From positions 20,150,001-20,214,000 of the forward strand of contig CM060733.1 in NCBI GenBank assembly GCA_030704615.1: 64,000 bases of DNA, in the 5' to 3' direction. Each line of letters starts with the position of its first letter. Position 1 is the stretch's first letter. Positions 1-14,480 of the stretch are shown piece by piece. Both the position numbers and the translations under genes were made by a program. This DNA comes from Takakia lepidozioides. Lineage: Eukaryota > Plantae > Bryophyta. Below the pieces are notes generated by a model, which searched no databases, was not told the origin of the DNA, and worked only from the letters and a program-made list of their open reading frames with translations.

Positions 1-49
1 TCTTTCAGTTGGTAACATCTGTTGCCTTTTTCTATCTTCACATCCCTAA

Positions 50-3225
<3,176 letters not shown>

Positions 3226-5059
3226 TCGGAATACCTTGTTTTTGCAGCAATGCTCACAACTCTAAAGCTCGATTGTGGTGATGAACGAAGGTGCGGTTTC
3301 GCCCAATTGCTAAAACTCACGACAAAGGCAGAGACTCAAAGAGGGATTTCTGAAGCATTGCTGGGTACTCTCTTGGTAGTAGTTTTGAAGCCTGGGTGTG
3401 CACCATCAACCCTCAGCACTCCCTTTTTGTGCTTTTTGATGTGTGGGTTGCTAGGTTGCTTGTTGTTACTCAGGAACTCCCCTCCTTGGAGGCTGTTTAT
3501 TCTCAACCCTAATTCTGTGGGAATAATAGAGGTGGGCTTCCAAAGTCTGGCGCATGGTTGGTTTGCTGCCTTGTGAATGGCATAGTTTCGAAAGCTGCCA
3601 TTTGAACTGGAGGTATTGGCTGATTTGATGGAAGGATGGGTACTTAGCTGCTTTTGAATCTGGAAAGATGTGGTTGTTTGGTAACTAGTGTGAGTTTGTG
3701 TAGTGCACTTTTGACCCATTGTGTTTGAGTCCATTTTTGGAAACTTGCACCTTCAATTACTTCATATCCACATCCAAATTCCATTGACTATGCTGTTAGA
3801 ACCAGAGGTCAAGATTCAATGAATCTGGGTCCAGGCGGGACCACGTATTCACAGGCATTAATGCTCACAGACTGACTCTCTCTAGGCAAAATTACTTCCC
3901 ACGACAGGTTATAGCTGCAGTTCCCAACTCACAACACAGTAGTAGGAGCTGATGTAGCACTGCTTGTATATACTTAGATACACAGCTTTGCCCAAAAAGT
4001 GCCACAAGTTGGCATCCATTGAGCCAAAACACAACACACACCACTGATCATACCAATTTCTCCTTTGCAATCAAGGTATGCTCAGTAATCCACAAAGCCA
4101 TCTCCTAACCCTCTCCGCTCTAAAGTTGGACCCTGGAAGTACACCCTCTGAGTGTTTAAACTTACCTACTGCCACCCCTGCTACTAGCTCTTCCCAACTT
4201 GAATCAGCATCATGTTGTGGCAGCTTCCATTCTGGACACAGATTTGCTAAACCAAGGAGCTTCCACCCTTGAGAAACGACATGCGCCGTGTGTCGGGTTT
4301 GTCAGAAAACTTAAAACTACCTAGTTCAGTAGCGATTTCACCCGCAATGGTGAATTGTGATACACCCAACTCAGCCTCTCGCCTCTCAACCACCTCTCCT
4401 TAGCCTCACACAAAGACAACTTCCTCGCAATCTCCGAGGACTTTATTCAACACTCCATCTCCACCAATAATCCTGTTCCTACAGTAGATACGACTCCTCT
4501 GCAGGTATTGGAACGTATGTGGGGGTAGCTCATAGAATTAGTGCTTAGCCAGCAGTACGGAATCTATCGCCTGAGGCCCAGGATCTGCCCTCACAATAAC
4601 ACTCTCAGTCAAAACGTTCATCCATAATCCCTTTGCTATCGTCACAAGGACTCCGAACACCAAGGTACACATTAAAGTACATCATTTCCCCACTACCCAC
4701 GATATGCAACAACTACTTCGCAGTCCATACAGATGCAAATGTCCGTGCACTTTTACTTGCCACTATCATAACTTGTAAGACCCTCATTCATTTTTGCACA
4801 GTTAAGACAATAATCAAAGCTACTCTTGCCAGTTTGTTCATTACTTGCGGAGTTAGAAGACCACTCATATTAGGTCGCACCACTTCGTAATGTGGAGTTT
4901 CCATGCTCCTCATATAAATCCAAGATACCTGTATAGACAGAGTTGAAGTACTTCGAAAATAGTCTACTGCAAGCTTGCATGGGTCTCCTCTCTGTAGTTT
5001 AGGCAAAAGTGAAAATCCGCTTTAACAAAAAAAAAGAATAACACACACACACACACACC

Positions 5060-6093
5060 TACACCTGCATAAAATGATGGTTGATGGCACAAACTGCGGG
5101 AGAGATCTAACTACAAAACTCTGAACCACACTACAAAACCTACCTGCACAGCCTCACCAATACTTAGCCCCCCCACACTACCTATCTGACCTGCACGCAT
5201 CACTCCACCTCCTACAATCCAAGCCCGGGGAAGTCCACAAAATACTCGGTGAACAGCTAGCAAGCCCCATCTTAGACTTTGACACTATCATCAGCAAATT
5301 CCCCTTCCTATCCAAAGGCATCCTTAACGCCACTATCCAAGCTAGCTCCACTATTACCGATTATCAACCCCCACCTGCACCACCCCCACCCGTGCTCACA
5401 CCTATCCATAGCAGGGACCCAACACCCGCTGCATCTAATCACTCCCAACCCACTCCTTCTCAACACACAAACTCATTTAACATCACTACATGGAATATTG
5501 GTTCGTTGGCCACCAACATCCAAAGCCTCATATATCTTCTCACAGATTCCACGCCCCCGCATATCATTCTCTTACAAGAAACCAAACTCAATACAAATAA
5601 CCCCAGCAGCTTCTATATCATCCCGCCTACCACCTACTATATGGGAACCCATTCTTTGCTACACAATGCTTCACACGGCGATCAGCCCCATACCACCCTA
5701 CCCGCGGGGGAGTCGCACTAGGCATCCTTTGCACACATCACTCCCCAAGCACTACAACCAAGCTATCTATTCCTATCCCTCTTCGCTCCCATCTCCAGAT
5801 CATACAACTGTATCCACCTACACTCCACCCCATCACCCTCATACACTTATATATGCCCTCACATGCTGATGACCTTACGCTGATCCCTGACATCCTACAC
5901 ACAATCTCAGTCACCGTTACCCAACCTATTAACCAGCATCACCACTTCATATTAGCAGGTGACTTCAATAGAGATATCGCCCTACTTGGCCATACTTACA
6001 ATGGCACGCACAAATCCCCATCCCCACTGGACCATGAATGGGCCAAATTTACTCAATTACATAAATTCCGATATATACCCGCTGACCACCACT
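5060..6093 (+). mobile_element. LINE (non-LTR retrotransposon) remnant, APE endonuclease region, broken by stops/frameshifts and cut by a CACTA end at 6094
   Basis: ORF pieces FNITTWNIGSL...HIILLQETKL (5392-5721) and HFILAGDFN (5853 onward) match APE/EEP motifs of LINE ORF2. Strong A/C-rich strand bias. (AC)n at about 5040-5058 upstream. Confidence 0.8.
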
Positions 6094-7229
6094 CACTACA
6101 ACAGATCCCGACTTTTACCTCTGCTATTTTCCAGTCGTATCAACCTTAAATTATGACTGCATGATTGCGCAGTTAGATAAACCCAGTCAGTTGTGACAAA
6201 TGAGTCGTAAGCGCCATAGAGTCGTATATGCCAATCGTGGAGCTCACTGTTGATGTGGCAACGGGGACACCTAATCATAGTCATTGATAGGACCATAGTA
6301 AATGACTGCGAATCCTGTCAGATTCACGTGGAACGGAAGGGATATGCCACGTGTCACATCAAAGAGAAGGCGACAGGGTCTTCACGACTGGCATATACGA
6401 CTTCCATGGATTAACCCCAGGACAGCACGTGGAGAATACCAGGAACGACACGTGGTATAACAGGGTGACTTCCGCAGATTAACCCCAGGACAACACGTGG
6501 ATTAGACTGGACATGACACGTAGCATGACAATATGGAGCGGGAAGGTCTTTCGTGACTGGCATATATTACTTCGGACGTTTAATCCCAGGTCCACATGTG
6601 GAGTCAAATTATGCAGGATGGGGGTGGGGTGGTCGTTATGACTGGAACATATGACTTCCATGGCGCACTCTGGATACAGCACGTGGCACGAGTATAGGTG
6701 AACAGAAGGGGGTGAAAGTGGCACGTGGCGGAGGCTCTGTGGATGGGAGGTAGTCGTGTACATGACCGTAGCATTGAAACACGAAAGCACATTGAAAGCA
6801 TACGAAAACACCATTGAAACATAAAAACACATTTGAAATTGGAACATCGATTCAAATACAACGTGACTTAATGTTCAGAGATCCGTTCCATAATCTAATC
6901 CTCTGCTACAAAAATGCACAAAACTGCAAAGTCTTAATAGACTTCCAAATGCCTGCGCAGAAGATGTATACACTGGCTTGGCCGGACTTGGTCACCCACC
7001 TTCAACTGCCATCCAGCCCGAAAACAGCAGAAGATACATGAGCAAGCTTTCAGGCAATATAGCAACAACAACATTGACATATGTGAAACAAACTAACATC
7101 GCTAAGAATGTCTAAGCACCATTACACAAACTTGATGTGTGCAAAATGGAAAATTACAGGTAGGGAACCCTTACCCCATTCTGGTAGTCAAGGACTGGAG
7201 GTTTGGGAGTTGTCTTGTGACAGGTAGCG

Positions 7230-7332
7230 CAGTGGCTGCAAGCATTGCACTCCACGACACCACATCTCATTCAGCCATAGTGTTGAACACTCATTTACAT
7301 CCTCGATGCACCCACATTTGGCATACAACACG
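7230..7332 (-). pseudogene. Isolated PLS-type PPR motif fragment
   Basis: Minus strand reads YAKCGCIEDV / VFNTMAE*DVVSWSAMLA, closely similar to the PPR copies at about 36120-36200 and 57100-57190. Confidence 0.75.
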
Positions 7333-7408
7333 GTAAGGTAAATTGATAACATGAAGGCAAGAAGGAATACAAATAGGAAGCACAACCATGATTCACTAGC
7401 TGCAGGTC

Positions 7409-8315
7409 ATGACTGATTGTTCTGAGCTGGCTGAGTGCTTAGAGATATCCAACTCTTCTATCTTGGAGTTTCCACCTTGGATAGCGAAGGGATGGGTGAG
7501 TAAAAGCCGCTCGACATTTGGCGACCATACTGGGGAATTGGGTCATGAACAACCAGATGTGACGGGCATTTGGTGGGATCATGGTGGTTGGAGAATTAAA
7601 GAATTTGATGTGAATCAAATTCCCTGTGAAACTGAGAAGGAAAGATTGTCCAAACAATTCTTTCAAAGGTTCTTGGAATTGCCAGACGGTTGTAAAGAAA
7701 ACATTCTTAAGAGAGTGCATGATGCTGACCCTGAGTGGGGTCTGGAGAAAGGAGTGATAAAGATTTATCAGGTGGCCTGTAGAGGAAGAGTACGTTGGTT
7801 ACCAACACTGGTTTATGTGATAGCATTGCTATCCTTAAGCGAGTAGAGTTTGAAGGCTGGGAGGAAAGGAAGGTGAATGTTTATACTCATGTGCATGAGG
7901 AGCTTGTACTGGTAAAGAATTGGATTCCAAAGGATATTCTGTGGATCAAACTCACACCAAGAACAGCTTTCCAGACTTGTTTGCCATATGGTTATATGGT
8001 AACGGAGACTTCTAGTATAGCCAAGGGTGCATTGAAGCTTGAAAGAAACCCAGGCATATACGAGAGGTACTACAGAAGAGAGTTTTGGTTATTGCCACAT
8101 TAAAGAAATGAAAGACATGGGACATGAGTGATGAAAGAGAAGCTAGACTCCAGAAATATTCAGCAAAAAGAGAAAGTTATCTGAAAGCTAATTATCCATA
8201 TCTTTGGGAGAGAGGAATAGACATAGGGGAATCATCTGGCCCTCTCACACCATTAAGATCAGAGAGTACATCACCCATACCGGAAGAACTAGAGTTGGAT
8301 GCCACTCCTTCTTGA
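7409..8315 (+). pseudogene. Intronless, frameshifted coding-like sequence of unknown family (about 290 aa in three pieces)
   Basis: Three consecutive + ORFs (7409-7846, 7795-8103, 8124-8315) with protein-like composition and no recognisable motif. Confidence 0.4.
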
Positions 8316-8369
8316 GCTCGGGCCACGTTCTGGGGACGTAGAGACGTAGAGACACTTAGGGCTACAGCC

Positions 8370-8583
8370 CACGGGTGGAACCGGAACCCTAAACCCCAAA
8401 CCCGGTTCCCACACATGTGGTCGTAGCTGGAACCGCCGGTTCCGGTTCCCACACAATCCCCAATTTCCGGTTCCGGTTCCGGTTCCGGTTCTGCACAGGC
8501 GGGTCCGGTTCCGGTCCGGTTCCACATAACCGGAATGGAACCGGCGGTTACCCGGGGCCCAGGCGGGTAACCGCCCAACACTG
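8370..8583. mobile_element. Truncated hAT-type MITE end with (CCGGTT)n subterminal repeats
   Basis: Ends in CCGCCCAACACTG, the same terminus as the element at 9280-10087. Similar to about 9890-10087. Confidence 0.65.
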
Positions 8584-9279
8584 GTGTCCACCTTTCAGCT
8601 GGAAGGCAGTAGCCCTTGTGGTGAAGAGACACCATAAGGTAGGCTCCCTTTGGGAGGCATCATACATTTTATTATTATTATTATTATTATTTTTTGGGAA
8701 ATTCCAATCTAATACCAGCCGGTTATCAACCCGGGTATAAATAATAAAAACTAAAAATAAAAATAACCACTAATTCGTTAATATGTATTGAGTTTAGAAA
8801 ATTTCAGTTGATTTCACAAAGAAATTAATTATTATGTTGCGAAATTCAGTCTTTGCAATATATAATAACAACGTTGCAGATTTTAGTATCCCAAGCTTAG
8901 TTAAAAGAAGACTGATTGCAACCACATAAGACACCCTATATGTGCTAAAAAAAATAAAGAAAGGGGCGAGCCCACCCTACATGTGGTAAGAAATGAAGCA
9001 TAGTGGTGGGCCCTTGGGGCTCGACATGCCCTCCATGATATGTGCACCCTATTACCCTGAACCCTGACATATTGTGCACCCAGCCAATTTCCTATTCATA
9101 CCATGGTATAGTCCTTGTTTTTGCCCATAATACGGGTATGCACCCGGGTATTGCCTTGGCAAAACCAGCCGGTCCGGTTATGAACAGTATTGGAATTGCC
9201 AAACCAGCCGGGTCGGTTATTCAATACCGTGGTTGATACCAGGCCAGACCCTATATACCAGCCCAACACTGGTTCTAAC

Positions 9280-10087
9280 CAGTGTTGGGCGGTTCTTGCA
9301 TTTGTGAAGGAACCTTCGGTTCCGGTTCCACAATTATTTCAAGAGACGGTTCCGGATCCGGTTCCGGTTTTTTTTGTTTTGAGCCGGTTCCGGTCCGGTT
9401 CCGGATCTAACTTTTAAACATGGGGGTGGTTCCGGTTACCGGTTAGATGCTGATAAAAACCATCGGTTCCGGTTCTATTTTTAAAAAAAAATTGTTTAAT
9501 TTAATTATATTTAAAATATTTTATCAGTCCGGTAGATTAAATAGCAGTGTATTCACATATTTGAACTAAAATCCAACGATTTTGTTAGTTTTCACTAACA
9601 CAAAATAACAAAAAAAAATACTCTAAATAAACTGGTAGAAGAAAATGGGTAAAATTTTATGGGTTGAAAGTACTATTCAGCTACCTAGCAAGTATTGGCA
9701 TCTTCAAACATTTTATTAATGAACTTAGCCAGGATATCATGGAGCTGGAGATTGAACCCAAGATCTCATGGCGCTGAAGCATTGAACATAGAATCTCATG
9801 GCCTTCAAGCATTGAACCCAGGATCTCAGGAGCTTGAGAGCATTAAATAAGTTTTGCCCTGGGCCCACTAGCCCCACCAAGGGGTCAAGAACCCGAACCT
9901 GTTTTTACCCCTGTGCCCGGTTCTCCGGTTCTCACACCCAGCAGGAACCGCCGGTTCGGTTCTGCGCCGATCCCCAATGGCAAGTTCCGGTTTCGGGTCA
10001 GGTTCTGTAGGAATGGGCCCGGTTCCGGTTAACCTGAACCTGAACCGGCGGTTAACCAGGGTCCCGGCCGGTAACCGCCCAACATTG
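9280..10087. mobile_element. Non-autonomous hAT element (MITE), nested in a related older repeat (about 8700-10175)
   Basis: TIRs CAGTGTTGGGCGG / CCGCCCAACATTG. Perfect 8-bp TSD GTTCTAAC at 9272-9279 and 10088-10095. CCGGTT arrays at both ends. Confidence 0.9.
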
Positions 10088-10302
10088 GTTCTAACTCAAG
10101 CCGGGTCCACCAAAAGTTTTGGGTGGCGGGTCTCAATAGTATGATACCCTAATTATTATCGGCCGCCCAACAGTGGTTTGTGACCATTACCACCGGGCTA
10201 CAGCTTGGTTGTCAACCTTACCCGCACATACCCGCATGGTATACATGCTCAACACCGGTTAGCTTTACAAATCTCCGATCATATTTCTTATCTTTTAGGG
10301 AA

Positions 10303-11900
10303 ACTAGGGTAGCCTGTGCCGTTGGCCCAAGTGTCCAATGTCATCTAGGTCCAAATGCAATCCCCTATGTATCAAAGTGCATCTCCTATGTCGAGGCCCA
10401 AATGCAACCTTTAGGGTAGCCTTTGTCGTTGCCCAAGTGTCCAATGTCATCTAAGTAAGTTTTTTTTCCACAGAGCCTACGACCAGATTTGAACCGGAGA
10501 CCTTTCCCTTGATATCTCTCCCATCGAGGCTCCAACCGTTGTCCCAGGAATGCCCACTTTGTCATTTTTGCTATTTTTTGAGAATTTCCAGCGACCAAAA
10601 GTACTTGGAATTCCACAGCTCCCACACCGCAGGTCCAAAAATCATGAGACCAAGCCCGTGCACCCCTCTTCGTCGAGGGCTTTCCAACGGGACCAAGCAC
10701 GAGCGCTGGCCCCGATTTAGGACATCTCAACGCTACAAAACAAAACAAAACAAACAAACTAGCTTCCTTCATATATTGACTAGGGTAGACTGTGCCCTTG
10801 GCCCTAGGTGTCCAATGTCATCTAAGCCCAAGTGCAATCTCCTATGCATCCAACTTTGGCGTCTCTCATGTGCGTCTCCTATGTCGAGGCCCAATGTGCA
10901 ATCCCCTATGTATCAAAGTGCGTCTCCTATGTCGAGGGCCCAAATGCAACCTCTAGGGTAGCCTTTGGGTAGCCTTTGCCGTTGGCCCAAGTGTCCAATG
11001 AAGTTTTTTTTGTGTGCAATCCCCTATGTATCTAGAGACCCTCCTGTTTGGGAGATCTAGGCCTAGGGTAGCCTACGCCATTGGCCCATGTGTGAAGAAT
11101 TGAAATCTAAGCCCAAGTGCAATTTCTTATGTACCCAAGTGGGTCTCTTATGTCGAGGCCCAAGTGCGACCTCTAGTGTAGCCTATGTCGTTGGCCCATG
11201 TTCGAAGAATTGAAATCTAAGCCCAAGTGCAATCTTCTATTCATGTATCCAAGTGCATCTAAGTCCAAGTGTAATCCCAAATCTAATCAGTTTTTTTGTT
11301 TTTTTTAGAGAGCCTACGACCAGATTTGAACCGGAACCTTTCTCTTTATATCTCTCTCGTCGAGGCTCCAACCATTGTCCCAAGAATGCCCACTTTGCCA
11401 TTTTTGCTAATTTTTGTCAATTTCCAGCGACCAAAAGTACTAGGAATTCCACATCTCCCACACTGCAAGTGTTTTTTTTTCAAATTTGGAAAAGAACAGG
11501 ACTGGCTACTGAGTTTTGCAGGAAATAGCCATATTTTTTGCTCATCCACTGAAATTTGGACAGAATCATCCTCCTCTGTACTTTCATCCATGTATATCAT
11601 CCATATTAGGCGAATTCATCCAAGATTTATATTTTGTTTTGAGAATTTTGGCGATTTCATCCATGAGAAAATAGGGAATTTACGACAGAATATTCGATTT
11701 TGATTTTTGAGGTCGAAAAAGTGCGAAATTTCGCCAGAAATAAAAACACTGCACACTGCATGTCCAAAAATCATGAGACCAAGCCAGTGCACCCGGTGCA
11801 CCGCCTCCTCGTCGAGGGCTTTCCAACAGTACCAAGCACCGGCACTGCGGGCCTTGCGGTTGGGGACATCTCAATGTAACAAAACAAAACAAACAAATCG
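10303..11900. repeat. Degenerate tandem array of about 110-bp units plus an internal duplication, probably TE-derived
   Basis: Recurring CTAGGGTAGCC...TTGGCCCAAGTGTCCAATG...CCTATGTCGAGGCCCAA at about 10303-11270. Block 10460-10760 recurs at about 11300-11470 and 11760-11900. Confidence 0.75.
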
Positions 11901-12278
11901 GCTTAATTCATATACTGATTATCTCATCTCGATTAGCCTCGGAGCCAAGTATATCAGTCCCATATCAGTCGTGCTGAAATATTCCCGGTACCTACACCGT
12001 GGAAGTTCGCAATCTTGGTTTTCGAGTCCTACGATCGGGCTACTCCCCTCACACCGCGGCACGCCCTCTAGAGAGTCGAGGTGCTTCGCATCTGAGAAAT
12101 TTTCGTGTACACGTTGCTCGAATGGCGGGGTCTGCGTATAAATGTGAGGAGGCAGAAGGATATTGAGGTCGGAGTGGAAGGTAGCTAAGCCCCCGGGAAG
12201 GGTGTTCTCACTTTCTGGATCGGCATAACGCAGTTCAAGGGCATAGAGCCAGCATCTGCAAGCAAACTTGGATCTCCG

Positions 12279-14269
12279 ATGAACTTGAGTGGGGTGGTAG
12301 AAAATATGAAAACACCAGGCCTGCTGCAAGAAATCGCTCGGTGGGCTCAGGAACAACGTGGGCTACCTCTATCGACAGGCGTCCTTGTCACCATTGCAGT
12401 GTACGGTTACCTCTTCTTAAGAAAACCTACTCGCTTGCCTCCGGGGCCACGCCCATGGCCTGTCGTGGGCAACCTACCCATGTTGGGTGAACTTCCGCAT
12501 CAGGCATTGGCACGCCTGGCCGAGAAATATGGACCTCTGATGTACCTGCGCCTTGGATCTTGTGATATTGTTGTAGCGTCGAACTCAGAGATGGCGAAAC
12601 GGTTTCTCCGCACCCATGATCAAGCGTTTGCCTATCGTCCAAAGTCTTTGGCTTCGGATATTTTTTCCTTAAATCAAAAAAGCATTGGGCAATCTTCAGG
12701 TCCTTATTGGCGTCATTTACGCAAGATCTGCCTGGTGGAGCTCATCAGTCCGAAACGCCTGGAATCGCTAAGATCTGCGAGGACAGAGGAGGTAAATGTC
12801 ATATTGAAGGCCATCCTCGAGGAGTCACAGAGGGAAAAGGTGGTAGACCTCAACCTCAAGTTGTCGTCGCTGGCTACTAACGTCACGACTCGCATGCTGA
12901 TCAACAAAAGGTGATGTATGAGCTAAGCCGAAAGGAGACTATCACAACATATAAAGTTCTTTGTTGTACATGTTCTGACATCCATGTAAACCAGGGTATA
13001 AGCTATCGTTTGCAACTTTAGGCAACTTGAATAAGACCATATCCTTCAGGACTGTCCTCGACACTTCGAATTTAATTGCCATCTTCGCCTATCTCAGCTA
13101 CTGCGGAGTTGATGCGGAAAGTCAGTCTACAGAAGCGCAACAGTTTAAAGAACTTATCGACAAAGTGTTTGACTTTTTTGGCATGTTCAATGTTGGTGAC
13201 TTACGTCCCGTATTTATCGTGGGTGTCGAAGCTGCAAGGTATCGAGGCGCGTATGAGGGAGACGCAGGTCGCACTGTTCACTATTCTTCGGCAGTGGATT
13301 GACGAGCACAGAAAGGCTGCATCAGGTGCAAAAAGGGAATAGGGATACACCAAAAGACTTTGTTGATGTGTTGCTCAACATGCCTACAGAAGATGGATCT
13401 GGTCAGCTCTCCGATGAAACCATAGAAGCTGTGATCCTGGTAAGTTTTCATACTAAACTGCTAACATTTGGTCACTTGAGCTACCATAATCGACAGCTCG
13501 GAATAAGTTGTATATAGTAGTAAAGTTCTATGTTAAATGCAAGATTCCTAAACGTCTGGCTTCAGGTATCAAGCTGGATTTGAAGTCAAAATTCTTGTGT
13601 TCACGTGATGCAGGGCATGTTGGCTGCTGGAACAGATACATCGTCGGTCACAGCAGAATGGGCAATGGCCGAGCTCTTACACAACCCTCATATTGTGAAA
13701 CGCGTACAAGCTGAACTAGATGCTGTCGTTGGAACCACTCGGCTTGTCCAGGAATCAGACCTCCCAAATCTCAAGTACCTACAAGCTGTAATAAAAGAGA
13801 ACTTCCGCCTTCCCCCCGCGACTCCATTACTGCTTCCCCACGAGTCCCGTGAGACATGCGAAGTTGCTGGTTACATTCTGCCAGCCAAAATCCGTCTGAT
13901 CATCAATCAATGGGCAATAGGCCGGGATCCTTCTTCCTGGGAAAGACCTCTTGAGTTTGATCCAGAAAGATTCATGGAGCATCCTGAGATTGATGTTAAA
14001 GGCCAGCACTTCGAGCTTTTGCCTTTGGAACCGGTAGAAGGGGATGCCCGGGAGCACCGCTGGCACTTATCATGGTTCCGTTAATGCTTGCTCGCCTTCT
14101 TCAGAGCTTTGACTGGTCTCTTCCAAATGGGCAGGACCCCACCACTTTGGACATGTCAGAGCACTTCGGACTGGCACTTCCCAGAGCAGAACCATTGCGG
14201 GATCTTGTGGCACACCAAAGGTTGCCTGCCCATTTGGGCTCAGAATTTTGTGTGGCCTCGTCGTTATGA
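12279..14269 (+). pseudogene. Cytochrome P450, CYP71 clan (A-type). Exons about 12279-12910, 13098-13439, 13614-14269, with three single-base frameshifts.
   Basis: LPPGPRPWPVVGNL hinge, AGTDTS I-helix, ENFR, PERF and heme motif (F)GTGRRGCPG. Frameshifts at about 13201, 13330 and 14025, the last just at the heme motif. Confidence 0.9.
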
Positions 14270-14305
14270 GGCGGGTCAGAGAACCGTCAGGCCGTCTCAT
14301 TAATA

Positions 14306-14480
14306 TAGGAGCAAACTACCTTCATGCCTCAAGGACTTAGAATTATTTTGGGATATGAATTTTACAACTACCTCCATGCAGGTAGTTTTAGGATTTTCTA
14401 CATGAAGGTAGTTGCAAAACCAAGCTGAACTACCTGCATGCGAGTAGTTGCATACCACCTCCGTGGTAGGTAGTTACAGT
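14306..14480. repeat. Cluster of direct and inverted AACTACCT(G/T/C)CATG repeats, probably a DNA-transposon end
   Basis: Motif and its reverse complement at about 14314, 14366, 14375, 14401 and 14428. Confidence 0.45.

Larger units (their letters stand above)
6094..8360. mobile_element. Left end of a non-autonomous CACTA element with subterminal repeats and captured sequence. Right end not found, so the end coordinate is approximate.
   Basis: CACTACAACAGATCCCGACT starts at 6094, where LINE coding similarity stops. Direct and inverted subterminal repeats (GACTGGCATATACGACT, GATTAACCCCAGGACA) at about 6210-6670. Layout resembles the CACTA element at 32432. Confidence 0.6.

Noticed and set aside
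4490-5035. Segment of different composition ending in an A run, within the LINE-like region
   Set aside because: No TIR, TSD or recognisable coding motif was found.
10303-11270. Possible CRISPR-like array
   Set aside because: The units are degenerate whole-unit tandem repeats without unique spacers, the context is eukaryotic, and no cas genes are present.
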